The notes beneath the pieces are model-generated. The model was not told where the DNA came from and ran no database searches. It saw nothing but the letters and a program-made list of their open reading frames with translations. DNA of 63,847 bases, filler included, from Octopus bimaculoides (Eukaryota), in NCBI RefSeq assembly GCF_001194135.2. It is 4 parts of 4 records of this genome, joined end to end, with 100 filler letters (N's around TTAATTAATTAA, not from the genome) between each part and the next. Parts side by side here need not be neighbours in the genome. Positions count along the whole stretch, not along the records: positions 30,225 to 59,012 come from NC_068987.1; 3 more parts are not named here. One strand, written 5' to 3'. Shown here one piece after another: positions 39,653 to 53,079 of this stretch. The position numbers and the translations under genes are program-made. Position 1 is the first letter of the stretch. The number at the start of each line of letters is the position of its first letter.

Positions 39653-41352
39653 GAAAGAGATAGAGAGAATAAGAAAGAGTGATGGGAGGGGGGCAAGAAA
39701 GGTGGTGGTAAAAGTAAACAGTTAGGAACAAGAGAAGTAAAAAGATGAAAAGTAAGATTGCAAAAAAAAAAACAAAAAAAAAAAGTAAAAGGAAAACATG
39801 GGGGGATGGGAACAAAAACCGGGAGTGAAAGAGATGAATACACATACACAGATATACACATACACAGGTGTATGCAAATATAATTTAGAGCAAGAGAAAA
39901 TAGAAGTAGAAAGAGCAAGACAGGGATGAAAAGATGAGGCTAGGAGAAAGAGAAGAGATAAGGAAGCAGCTTGTAGAAAGCAAGGAAGAGCTGTGATGCT
40001 GGATTGTTGTTCACCATTTTTGGATTTTCAGTCAATTTTTTAAAAAATTTATTTATTTATTCAGTTGTTTTTCCTCTTCAAATTGTTTTATTTGTTTGTT
40101 TTTTTTTTCTGACTTTTAGCTAGGACTGTGTTGCAGTAAAAGTGCAGAAGACAGAAACAGCTGCAACAAAAGCGACTGCATGCCAGATGGACGTCAATAC
40201 AGAAATGTTTCTTCCTAGTGAAACAAGATAGGGAATGGGGTAGGAGAAGGATTATATACATATGTGTGTGTATATGTATGAGTGGGTGTGTGTGTCTGTG
40301 TATGAGTGTGCACATACACAATATGCACGTATGTGTGTTCCTCCAAACATTATGAAGGTGCTCTCATCAATTTCAGCTATTACTTCACTCTCCAACATGC
40401 CAAAGGCAACCATCTAATCTGTACAACATGGCCATAGACAACCAACAATATAACAGGCCAGAGGGGAAGTAGCTTCTGACATGAGTAGATCTATAACTGT
40501 TCCTAGCGGAAGTGTATAGATGGGAAATAACACAAGAAGCTCCATGGTATGACATCTTGACTGATCAAAGAAACTGGAAAAACAACATCAACATCTTTGG
40601 TACACTAAGACAATCTGGTATCAAAATTTTACTATATATGTTCATACATTTGAATGTTCCTCTATTCTTAATCAGACGAGATGCAGCACTTCACACATGC
40701 TACATTAAGAGCAGCTGAATAAGCCTCAAAATAAATACACAACTAAACGTCCAGATGACAGCAGACTATGAGAGAAAGGTTAGCATCTTTTTTTCCAAAA
40801 TGGAAGAGTTTATGAATGCTACTGATTCTGCTTGGTTTACAGAGACAGTTAAGTATTATTTGAAGTGACTCCAGGTCTGAAGTAGCATAGTTGTGACATG
40901 GATTGGTAACAAATTGCCACAGAATATGATTATATCAAAACAATGGCAATGCTCTTGGAAATGCAGTATCGTTTCTTTTGCAGGAACATGAGCAAAGGCT
41001 CTAAGTCCAATCCCATTCTTTTTCCTTCCAAGTTGAGCTTACAGTCAAATAATTAGCTAGATTGAAGGAGTGCTGGATACCACTATGAGCAGAATAGTCA
41101 ACTCAGTTGCAATTGAAGACATTTCACTAACATGGATTAACTTTGGAACTCACATAAATGATATATAATTAGTATGCACGTGTGTTTTTATTTATATATA
41201 AATATATATTAGTGTATGTAAGCTTTAATAGATAAACATAGTGGTTTGGTGGGGACAAGGGATTAGAGAGGGGTAGTAGGGGAGAGGGAAAAAATAGAAA
41301 GATACAGAGAGAAAGAGAGAGAGAGAAATATAGTGAGAGAAAAGAGTTGCAG

Positions 41353-41773
41353 TTAGGTGTGGGAACCAGTTCTGTCTCTTCGCCGCCGGATTGTGTCGCG
41401 GTCAATTGTTTTCCTGTCATAGGCTTGGCCTAAAAATGCCATGAAGTCAATGAAAAATGTAGTGAGATTGATCCGCCAACCATATTCGCTGGTCGCATAG
41501 TCTTGTGGGAAAGTGTGGTGGTAGTTGTGAAAGCCCTCACCCATGCTGCCCAGGCTAACACAGATGTTCTCAGCTGGGTTGATCCGCTTGTCATAGGGTC
41601 GATAACCCCACATGTGAGCAGCACTGTTCACCAGCCAGGTGGCATTCAAGCCACAGCAATAACGCAGGACACCAGCCAAAAAGTAAGCATTCCACAGGTT
41701 CTCATTCCAGAAAATGTAAGGAACTAGTGTTGGGATAGCGAAACAGAAGATGACAACCGACAGGGCATAATAT
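41353..41773 (-). CDS. Scd: Stearoyl-CoA (delta-9) desaturase, last coding exon (421 nt)
   Basis: Acceptor cttgtctcatttcag|A; YYALSVVIFCFAIPTLVP...WLVNSAAHMWGYRPYDKRINPAEN...GEGFHNYHHTFPQDY (His box 3); stop TAA at 41355-41353. Confidence 0.98.
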
Positions 41774-42699
41774 CTGAAATGAGACAAGTAAAGAAATAAT
41801 AAGAGAGAAGAAATTAATACAAATTTGAAGGTCTGGAGCTAATAGAATTTTCAAGACTGTCAGCAAGAGTCATAACCTAGTATCCTACAATCAGATGTGG
41901 TTTTGGGCCCTTAGCATGACATGAACTGACCTGCCATCATTTGTAACATATCACCAAAATTCTTCTTTTTTTTTTCTGCAAATAAACTCAAGGACTCAGT
42001 GACTCATGCTTTTCTCAAGCACAGGAAGAATGTTAATAATCAGTCCTAACCATTGTATATGTTAGTCATTCATTCAATATAAGAGAGATTGTAAACAAAC
42101 TAGTTTTATATACCAATTGTTGAAAGTGAGCCTTTTGCAGTAAAATTTAGGAGAAAGAATGTCATAGAAGATAGTCTACTAAATCAGTCCCAGTTAACTA
42201 CTGGAAACCATTTTATTGAAAATAAGTGGATTTTTTTCTTATAGCACAGAACCAAATGAAATCTAAATACAGCAAAATGCTTTAACACTGGCATGGGCAA
42301 CCTTTCTTGAGCAGTGGGCAACACAAGACATGGCTTCTCATCAACCAAGCCACTCTACTAAAAAAATTCAAGGTAATTTTTCTTTGGCATGCCATTCAGG
42401 AAGCCCTACAGACTGCAGTTTGCCTATGACTGCTTTAGCCTTTTGTTCTATTGTATAAAGGAGCTTTGGTTTTATGTTGGAGCAACAGAGAATGTATGAA
42501 GATACAGACTAACAATCCAAGATACTCATATTGTCAATTCAGCTATAAATATTGAAATATACAATCTTTCTAAGGGAGATAATTTCAATTTGTAAACTCT
42601 TTTTCACCATTGTATCCAGAGTTTGGTTAATTCAAATATTTCTAAGTTGTAGTAAGATTGTTTATTTGCTGAAGTCCTTTGAGCATCAGATAGAATGCT

Positions 42700-42810
42700 T
42701 TGAGATATTCTTTCTGGTTCCCTGTGCTCTGAGTTTGAATCACGTTGAGGTCAACTGTGCCTTTCATCCTTTTTGAGGGGATAAATAAAGTACCACTTAA
42801 ATACTGGAGG
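42700..42810 (+). mobile_element. SINE fragment in Scd intron 3 (same family as 3075)
   Basis: ctctgagtttgaatcacgttgaggtcaactgtgcctttcatcctttttgaggggataaataaagtacc. Confidence 0.75.
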
Positions 42811-43369
42811 GGGCATGTTTTAATTCTCTTCTCTCTTTCACACACTTCCCCACAAGAAGAAATAAGTTCTTTTCAGACCTGGAAAGAGACAGGTTTCAAG
42901 TTTAAAATGCTGGAAACGTGCCACATATCACACCTCCATCAGGAGTTAAGGAACCCCACCACTATATAAATTCTAGCAAACGATTTTACATCTAGATGTT
43001 TGTGTTGTCATTAACAATTATCTCACACTGAAGCAATTGCTACAAGTTGAAAAGGAAATAGAAACCTAATGGTGGGAAACCGAGGGAACAACAATAGAGG
43101 TCAAGGTGCAAAAAAACCACATATCTGTGTTGACGGGATTAAAAGCAGATATTCCACTGAAAAATTCAACAGAACATATTCCATGCCAAAAAGAACTGAT
43201 CTTTTTTAAAGCATCTAATTTTTTAAATTCTCCCAGACATCACTGCCAAAAAATAGGCTGGCAGAGCAAAATGTAAGTAGTTCCCTGTAAATGTGTGTGG
43301 GCTGACCATCAAGAGCTACCATTCTGATTAAGACAAAAAAAGTAAAAACAAAAAGATTTTAGGACTTAC

Positions 43370-43575
43370 TTCCTTTGGAAGTGAACAACTGGATCATTTA
43401 ACAGGTCATTGGTATCCAGTAATTTACCTTTGGCTGTGACATCAGGATGTTTGCGTACAAGTAACCAGCCAACATGAGAAAAGAAGAAGCCTCTTTTAGC
43501 GTTGTGAGGGTCAGCATCAGTTTCTGAATACTTATGGTGAACTCTGTGATCTCGGCTCCAGTCATAAATATCATT
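43370..43575 (-). CDS. Scd: Scd coding exon 3 (206 nt)
   Basis: Acceptor tgttctgttgcag|AAT; NDIYDWSRDHRVHHKYSETDADPHNAKRGFFFSHVGWLL (His box 2); donor AA|gtaagt, phase 2. Length matches the recalled human SCD exon 4. Confidence 0.98.
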
Positions 43576-44194
43576 CTGCAACAGAACAAATGCTAATGAG
43601 CAATCAATGACACATCAACATTATTTAAATGATCTCACCTGACTAGGATTCACTCCTTAACGACAAACAGTCAATTATTCACCCTGAGACCATAGTAGAT
43701 AGAAAGTTCATTAAAATCTTAACTATTCAAAACCAGAAATAATGCAACAAAATTTTGAAACCAAATATTCCTCACTAAAATCTTGAGAATAATATCAAAC
43801 CACAAAACCAAAATGCTTCTAAATAAGTCAACTTACTAATACAGCAGCCAAATCTTTCCTCTTTATTATCCCAAATAACTTTATTTTCAACTCATAATTC
43901 CATTATAGGCAGTGATAAAAACATGACTAGCGGATGGCAATTTTTATATAACAAAACATCATTAACAGGAGGATTCTATAATCTTAGCCCCAAATCTGTT
44001 TACATCCAGTTCTCTATGTTATCATAGTTTGAATCATTCTGAAGACTCATACAACTGCATCAACTGGTGTATTGAAATTAGTTGCTCTCCTTTATAATAA
44101 AAATTGCATCACTACCAATTTGGTAAATTGAAACAGCAGTGGTGTATCTCAGCCCAGGACCCAACTAGCCAGGGTATTATTTATTCTTACTATT

Positions 44195-44315
44195 CGCATG
44201 GCTGTGTGGAAGGAGCTTGATTCTTAACCACATGGTTCTGGGTTCAGTCCCATTGCATGGCACCTTGGGCAAGTGTTTTCTACTCTACCTTCAGGCCAAC
44301 CAATTTTTCACTGAT
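44195..44315 (+). mobile_element. CORE-like SINE in Scd intron 2
   Basis: tRNA-like head, then caccttgggcaagtg (MIR/CORE-like motif); related copies at about 50270-50410 and 51230-51380. Confidence 0.65.
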
Positions 44316-45044
44316 GTGCCATTCAGAAAGTCCTGCAGGCCATAATTTCCCCATGACTGTTCTATACTGTTGCTCAAACTGCTAGAAACAGCAGCAAAAT
44401 CACTCACAAATCACATCATCATCATGCTCTTCGAGAATGGAAGAAGAAATTAGATTAAAGTAATCCTAAATATACTACATATGAAAATAAGAGAGTCTGG
44501 GCACAGCAAAATGCCTTTGATTATAAGGTCTACTGGATCAGGGCTGAAGTGTGGCTCAACAACATCCTACTGATTCATCAATATTGGTATAAGTCATCAA
44601 AGATAAGGACTGGTGAAACAAGACGGATTAAAGTTACTGATGAATAACAGAACTGTTTCTAACTAATGCTTATCTTCTTGCTTATATCACTGAGGGAATA
44701 CACTAACACAGAAAGGTAGTAGATAGAAAGGAGAAATAAAGAGTTTCCTTTACATCACTGCCCAGTGTTCAACAACAAAACTCCAGCACCCCAATCAGAA
44801 TCACAACGTACATGTGGGTTTCATTGCGACTAATTGACATAAGATTACTATTACACTTACTATGTGACAGCAATCATACAGGATGTCACTAATCAGATAG
44901 AATCCGGTTAAACCCAAAACCAATGGAAGAATAAAAGAGAAATGTTCAATCTTAGAGGTTAGACATACAAATAGATTAAAAGTTTTTAACTGATTAAGAA
45001 CAACCATAATTAGAAAACATAGCAAGAGGTAATGTAAGTGCTAC

Positions 45045-45175
45045 CTGGAATGCGGCTGATTGCATGGAAGCTAGCAGTGCCCTCATGGGCAACTTGGCTT
45101 TATAAGCACGGTGTGCCCACAGGCGGTGTGAACCAGCTGTAATACCAATACCTGCATACATGTAAACACATAAAC
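45045..45175 (-). CDS. Scd: Scd coding exon 2 (131 nt)
   Basis: Acceptor ttttttctgtttttcag|GT; LCVYMYAGIGITAGSHRLWAHRAYKAKLPMR...AAFQ (His box 1); donor CAG|gtagca, phase 0. Length matches the recalled human SCD exon 3. Confidence 0.97.
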
Positions 45176-46735
45176 CTGAAAAACAGAAAAAAAAAATCAA
45201 GGATGAGATTTTTAAAAACACAAAACCTCTTAAAGGAAAAGATACCAACTTTAGTGGGGAGAAACAGAACAAATATAATAAAACAGATATCACAAGAATC
45301 AATGAGGGTACTTCTACATTGTACATAGTTGTTAAACCTGCATGATATTACACCTAAAATCACTGCCACATATCTTTGAAATAAGAACTGCAAGGATCAG
45401 TCTCTGGCTGCATTCAAGTAAAATCAATATGGTTAATGTTTACTGAGAACAATGATAAAACTCTGCAACATGTATGATGGTAAGAGTCGGTGATGTTCAG
45501 TAAGTGATTACACTGTGCAACACAATGTTTGTACTTGGGTAGCAAAGTCTGAAGAGAATAGTAATCATTTCCTTTGATCTCTAGATGGAAACAAATAGGA
45601 AATAACAGTTAATGACCAAAGACAAAAAAATAAATGAATAAAAATTTTTTTTAGTGTTATTTAGTTACTCCCAGTTTCACCACATAGTCTGAAAGTAGAA
45701 TAGCTAACTAAACACTCAGTGGTCACCACAATTTTAACACTATCCATATCCCAGATGCATATAAGCATATCTTATTTATAGCTACAAAATCCCAGTGGCA
45801 TATCATTCACAGACAGCCATAAAATTCTAGATTTGCTTACAAGCGCCCTACTCACTATACTGTGAAACCAAAGAGACACTTATGTGAATCAGTGGTATGG
45901 ATAGTGCAAACTTTTAATTCTACCTTGTTATATATTCTGAATTAAAATCTTACTAGGGTTGATTTTTGCACTTAGTTGAGTACTTTGTTTATTTACCCTC
46001 TACCACAAAATTTGTGGCATTGTGTTTTATGTTAGAAATCATCGTTATTGTCATATTTAGGAAGATTGGGTCTCTGGATCAACTCGAGCAACATAACTGG
46101 CAATAATACTGACCAGCACCTTTCAGCCTTTCTGCTCATGCTTATGTAACCTTATAATATAAAATCATTTTACATAACTGGATTTTATAGACTGTGCTGC
46201 ATATGGGTGGTAGTAATTGTTTTTAGCAATCGATAGCATAGGCAGAGATGATTAAATAATTAAGAACTGCCCTCAGAATAAAGAATAAAATGTGTTATAA
46301 GCAGGCCTGCTTTGTATGTCATTGGCCAGTAAATTTTCTAGCTATAGTCATCTGGTTGTTATTATGTTTGTCTGGGGAATTAGATTTTAAAATAACCTAA
46401 TTAAAAGACAGGTAATTTGCAAACAAAAAGAATTTAGATTCAGTATTGTGCAGGTTGAGTACTGTGTAAAGGGCCTCCAAGTCTGATAGAGGCAATAGAG
46501 GAAGGGAGGAAGTAATCATCGGTTCAACAAATAGTCTTGAATGTTTCTAACAACATAGACTCCATTAAAAGCATCCAAGGGCCAAGTAACAGATTAAGTT
46601 GACCACCCAAGATAGTGAGGAAGGACATAAAGAGAGAGAGGGGGAGGGGAGCCAATGAGGAGAGGTAGGAAGTGAAGGTGAAATGTGAAGACAAGAATAT
46701 ATAGGAAAAATATAAACTGGTTAATATGTTCCATC

Positions 46736-46777
<42 letters not shown>

Positions 46778-49700
46778 AAAAGCTGAAACACAAGCCAGTC
46801 AAGGATTATAGATAATAGATGATGAGCTAATAGCCACTTGCGGAGATCAAAACTGGATAAATGAATGGTTCAATAAGTTACCATACACAATAGCACGTGA
46901 CTTGTCTTGTCACGTACACCTGATGAGAGGGAGGAGAAACTGTTGCAATATTTACCCAGACATTAACATTTGGGCCAGCTATCAGCAGAACACTCACAGT
47001 TTACTGGTCCACTACATCTTTATCATTGTCACTGTAGCCAGCTGTGAGAGACCTAACAACATGGCTAGGCTATCATATTGCTATTTTCCATTAAGCATGT
47101 ATACTGGTTCAATTTCATCAGTAGGAAATTCAGCACTAACACTTTGATAGTTTATATCAATTATTTATTTTGCACAAGGCTATCAAGGGATAAGTGGAGT
47201 ATTGAGTTCCACTCAATATATCCACCTTTCCAGCTGGAAAAGTTTGCAGTACAGCTCATCAACCTTTATTTGAACTTTCAGCCTCTTGTCTATAAGATTC
47301 AATATTAACTCTGGAAATAGTGAAGTTGGATCTGACCATACTAACTCTCTTCCCTATCTGGTTTAGTGTGTCACATTACTTTTCTATGTCACTATTTGCC
47401 ATAATTTCATATTTATTTTTACCATTTTTGTTGCTACCCACCTTGACAGAGAGATCAAAGTTGTCAACAATTTAATGTAAATGACATTAGGTGCTGTAAG
47501 CATCAATTTGAGATAGAAAGTCATAAAACCCATTGCTGTAACTTGAACCTGAAATATACTGCTTAGCAACAGATCAGATTACCAAATACGCTACAGAACA
47601 TCTGCAATTCCATCCCATATTTGATGCAGTATTAAATTCTGTCATTATGACTGTATTAACTTGTCCTCTCAACATAATGGTGGTGTCAACTTAGCACTAA
47701 GAGCACAGGCTATTCTACCAATCTGTAAACTAGTTTATCGTACCTAATACAAAAATATTGTATGGTCGGGCCCACTGTAGTGCAGTTGGCAATGTGATCA
47801 CACCACAAATGATACAAACCTCGAGCCCTGTTTTCTTTTCCTGTCTCAAATTTATGTTCATGTTTTTTAGTCTTTCATCTTGGTTTTTACTCTCTCTCTC
47901 TCTCTCTCTGTCAGGTACAGGCATGTCTGTTGTGGTAGTGAAGCTCACTTCACAACCATGTGGCTTCACATTTAGTCCTACTGCACGACACTTTGGGCAA
48001 ATGTCTTCTACTATAACTCCAGGGTAACCAATGCCTTGTGAGTGGATTTTGTGGACAGAAATTGTGTGAAAGGAAGGTGGGAGGAGGGAAGAAGGGAATG
48101 AGGGGGAGTGAGTGTGTGTGGTCCACCTACTTTTTGACAACTGATGTTGGTTTGTTTAATTTGTAATTTAGCAGTTCTCAGTAAAAGAGACCAGTAGAAC
48201 AAGTGGACAAAAGACAATCCAGCTGATACCCTCCTACCTTTTATTCAGCCATAAATATATTCAGGACTACAATACCCAAAGTACTTTTCAGTTTTTATTT
48301 CTAATAATCTGTTATAATCTTATCTTACTAGACAGTATTGTTTCCTCAGACCTAAAAATTTCCTGTAGTACTCTCATCTTTGGCCTAATCAACTACACCC
48401 ATAAACAAAGGCATTCCAACTGTGAACACCCTAGACTTATCAAAGACAGCAAATTTCAATGTTCATTGAGATTTGGCTGCTATTTCTAGCCAGTCGAACA
48501 ACAGAACAGATATTCCCTTGTTGACTCAGAGAAGACAGATTATCCATTAGGCTGGGAACTTTCTACTGAATCAAGTTCACAGAAGGTGCTGTATTATATA
48601 ACTAAGTATATTTGTGGCTTGTACCAAGTCAACAGCTGCTCAAAACTGATGCATTTGTAACATTTAACACACACAAGGATAACAATGATTAATAAATATA
48701 TTTACATATCTTAAATTCATAACCAAATACTGAGTTGTCATAGAAAAAATTTCAATAAACAAAAAAGGCTAGGGGGGGGGGGGTGAAACAACTCAAATAA
48801 AATTCAAAAACAAACAATGTTACATATTCAATTTCAATGTCATTTCAATAAATATCTATGAGTATAGTGGGGCCTGTAAAGAGATAATTATGGAACTAAA
48901 TTAGCGTCCTCATCACACATTTCCAGTAGCTATGACAATTAACAGACCATTACATTTGTACTCATAATCCATGCATGACATTAAATTTCATCTTGTCTAC
49001 TACAGCTGTTTTCCAGATAACAATCTCATTAAGACCTATCCCTGGTAAATATATCTGGAAACCCAAATCAATAATAAATTGAATAATAACTCGTTTGAAG
49101 GTCATACACACTGTGTGTGTGAGTGTGTGTGTGTGTGTGCATGTAGTAGTCAACAAAACCAAACACTGCTGTAATTCAATACAGTCACAGACAAGTCACA
49201 CGCTGTCTCTCTCTTTCTCTCACATGTAAACAACATCATCATCATCAACCTCTGCATATTACTGTCATGAGTCTTTGGACTTATAGGGCCAGTCACCCAG
49301 GTTTCAGAGCACACATGTGCCCAACACCACAACGTTCCCCTTGAACGGGATGTCAGTCCACTGCAGAGTTACTCATTGACAGAGTGGAGTTAACTGGAGC
49401 AACAAGAAATGAAGTGTTTTGATCAAGAGTGCAATGCACTACCTAGTCCAGAAATTGAAAACATGATATCGCAATTGTGCAACACCCTAGCCACTAGGCC
49501 ATGTAACTCGTTTTTCTTCTAGTATTTTGATTTTGAACAAACAACTACATACTTAAACCAGATAATCAGATAGCATCCAGCTATCACTGTCGTTCTTGTA
49601 TCATGAGGTGACATGGTACAAGTAGAATAATGCTAGAACATAGCCAAGAGATACTTCATGTGGTGTCTATTACCAGCTGTCTGCTCAACCAAAACTGTCT

Positions 49701-49789
49701 AGACTAGCATAGCAGTAATGTTCCTGCTTTACATGAAACCATCTTTAAAAAAAAAATGGAAGAGGAAGGATCTATTTGGTAATAAAATC

Positions 49790-50005
49790 CAGGCGAGCTG
49801 GCAGAATCATTAGCATGCCAGTCAAAATGCTTAGCAGCATTTCAACCACTTTTATGTTCTGAGTTCAAGTTCTGCCGAGGTTGACTTTGCCTTTCATCCT
49901 TTCAGGGTCGATAAATATGAGTATCAATTGAGTACTGGTGTTGATGTAAACGACTTCCTCCTCCTCCCTCGAAATTGCTGGCCATGTACAAAATTCGAAA
50001 CTAAT
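49790..50005 (+). mobile_element. Full-length SINE in Scd intron 1 (same family as 3075)
   Basis: ggcgagctggcagaatcattagcatgcc...gttctgagttcaagttctgccgaggttgactttgcctttcatcctttcagggtcgataaa. Confidence 0.85.
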
Positions 50006-50264
50006 ATAATCCTGGATATAAAAAAGACCTGGATTGTCAAGTTTGGAATGTCTTTAGCCACAGAATTACTCAATCAGGAATTATTTCAGATTCGGACAAG
50101 TATAGAGGCAAAGTATATCAAACGTATGAAACATTTAGCTATGAGGAAATAACTCTGTTAAACAACACACAATTATAACAGACACTATATACTTCTAACA
50201 CAGGTCATACTGAAGAGAAAAGTGGGCAATAAAATGATGATGATCATCCTCATCATCACATATC

Positions 50265-50600
50265 AACATATATGTGGTAAGAAGCTTGCTTTCCAGCCAC
50301 ATTGTTTGGCATTCAATTTCACGGTGTGAAATCTTGAGCAAGCGTCTTCTACTATAGTCTCAGGTCAACCAAAGCCATGTCAGTGGATTTGGTAGATGGA
50401 AACAGTAAGGAGCTCCTCCTCTTCCTCCTCATCATCATCATTTAACGTATGTTATCCATGCTGGCATGGGTTGGACAGTGTGACCAGAGCTGGCAAGCTG
50501 GGGAGCTGCACCAGACTCCAGTGTGATTTGGCATGCCTTCTATGGCTGGATGCCCTTCCTAATGCCAACCACTTTATAGAGCGTGCCGGGTACTTTTACA
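50265..50600. mobile_element. CORE-like SINE followed by an RTE-tail-type repeat
   Basis: gaaatcttgagcaagcgtcttctactatag...ggatttggtagatggaaac, then catcatcatttaacgtatgttatccatgctggcatgggttggacag...ctggatgcccttcctaatgccaacc. Related tails occur at about 51540-51650, 57205-57250 and 58785-58910. Confidence 0.65.
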
Positions 50601-50699
50601 TGGCACTTCATTGGTGCTTTTATGTAGCACTGCATGGGTGCTTTTATGTGTTGCCACATCGGCGCTTTTGTGACACCACCACAAATGCTTTACACCACC

Positions 50700-50741
<42 letters not shown>

Positions 50742-51679
50742 TTGTGTGTATATGTATGTCTGTTTGTTCCCCCTCCTGCACTGCTTGACAGCTGGTGCTG
50801 GTGTTTACATCCCCATAACTTAGCAGTTCAGCAAAAGACACTCATAGAATAAGTAGCAAGCTTTAAAAAAATAAGCACTGGGGCCAATATATCCGACTAC
50901 AAGTTCAAGGTGCTGCCCTAGCATAGCCACACTCTAACGACTGAAACATGTGAAAGATAAAAGATATCAATGTGACCGATTCTCATCATTATGCTCATGG
51001 CCCTAGCTGTCACACGTAAGTGATTCGGAGATCAACAGATTCTTGAATGTGATCAGGTCCTTCATGTGCCCTTTAGTGGGAACATGCTGTCCAGATCAAG
51101 ATAAAGAAGCATTTTCAGACATTGTGAAGATGGAAATGTTCATCCAATAAGTCCAGGATAACATATGGGGACAAACAAAAGAAACAGAACTCAGTATATA
51201 AGAGTATATTATGTACATGTGTGTGTGCATGGCTGGATGGTTAAGACGTTTTCTTCCCAACCACATGGCTTCAAGTTCAATCCCACTGTGCAACACCTTG
51301 GGCAAGTGTCATCCATTATAGCACTGGGCTGACCAAAGCCTTGTGGGTGGATTTGGTAGACAGAAATTGAAGGAAGCACAAGATATATGAATGTGAGTGT
51401 GTGTGTGTGTGTAGCCTTGTCTAGATATTACATGATGGTTGCAAATGAGCACCAGTGTCATGCAAGCAAGTCTGATATTTCCTGTCTTCCACCAACAGAT
51501 AAATAAATAACTAACAATGGGAAAATATTACTTTGCTTGCAAACAGGTGAGAGATGGTGACAGGAAGGGCATCCAGCTGTAGAAAATGTGCTGCAGCATA
51601 TTCCATCTGATCCATGCAAACATTGAAAAAATGGACGTTAAATGATGACGATGACAATGATGATAACAAACACTGACAT

Positions 51680-52060
51680 CATCTTTAGCTATGTCTTTCT
51701 CAGTCTTCTCCTTTCTCAACTTCCTTCTACATAAACTTGCATGATTTTTCTCATCCAGTCACTCCCATTCATCTTTAATCCAGGACCTAGTCATCCCATC
51801 CCATTTTCCACTCACAAAATCCAAAAACCAGTGCTATTCTTATCATTCTTTTCAATCCATTGTTTGTCTTCCAATCATTCACCAATATTCTTGCTCATCC
51901 AACAAACACTCCACATTTCTATTCTTTCCAACCTGTTCTGTTGACCGACATTACGGAAGTCTCACTCCCATAAATCATAGCATTCCTCACGTAAGAATAC
52001 ACATTTCCCCTTTCAGTTTCTGAAACCATTTCCTTCCTCGTTTACCATTCAGTCATCCAG
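51680..52060 (-). mobile_element. Decayed RTE LINE 3' fragment
   Basis: VRNAMIYGSET...RLERIEMWSVCWMS-like translation on the minus strand. Confidence 0.5.
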
Positions 52061-53079
52061 TTACTGGAATGTCTTCCATGCGCATCTCACTCCAGCTGCT
52101 ATCAGATCCATCATGTTCATTCAATGTGTTTCCTAAATGACAAAATATTTTCGACTTTCCATCTTCAAGCCACTCCTATGATTCAGCTCAACATTTCTCT
52201 CACACACAAACACAATTAGGTCGTTGCAGAAGTAAATGTGTTGTTTTTGTCTCTTAAAACTTTGATGCTTATTTTTTTAGAGAGAGAGAGAAGTGTGTGT
52301 ATGTGTCAGCGTGCATGCTCTCAAACCCATGCCAACATGGGAAAAGTAGACAGAAAATAATGATGAGGATATGAGTATGGGCGTGCATGCACATGTGAAT
52401 GTTTATGTCAGTGTGTGTGTTTATATTTTGTACCTTTGCACACATTAGCTCTATGATTTTGAAGACAATTGGAATAAACCCCTTATTTGAAAAATAGGCA
52501 AGGGTTTGCAAACAGGAAGGGTAGAATTATGCATCAACAATAAATCTCCAACCAATCCATGCTAGCATAGCAAACAGGATTTAAAAGAATGAAAGAATGC
52601 ATAACATATTCTCAGAGAAATATATGATTGTGCGGTTAAAAAGCAACCTCAGGGTTAGGGTTCAACCCAGCAGCATGGTACATTGGACATATGTCTTTTA
52701 CACCGAAGCCTAGAACGAACCAAAGTTTTGTGATTGAAATAAGTAGCCAGAAATTGTGTGGAAGACCTTTCGAGGGATCATTCCTATTTTTGGATGGTAA
52801 ACAATCAGTTGCCTGTTTTAACCCTGACCCCTGCCACTTACATGCATTTAGTGGAACAATATATCATAGGCACAGCCATGATTTTGTTCATGGTGGCTTG
52901 CTATTATAATGGATCCATAATTTATCAAATTACAATGGACCTGTATATTTTTTATGTAGTAACAATGGACCTGTCATTTCTGATTTAATTACAAATGGAT
53001 CCATCATTTCTAACTTATGAAAATCAAATGAAAATTATAGTATTCCAAGCCATTGTTCTTTCCATACTCTTCTTTTACA

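Noticed and set aside
46920-46945. CTGATGA...GAAAC hammerhead-like string
   Set aside because: The segment between the boxes (GAGGGAGGA) cannot form stem II, and stem I does not pair.
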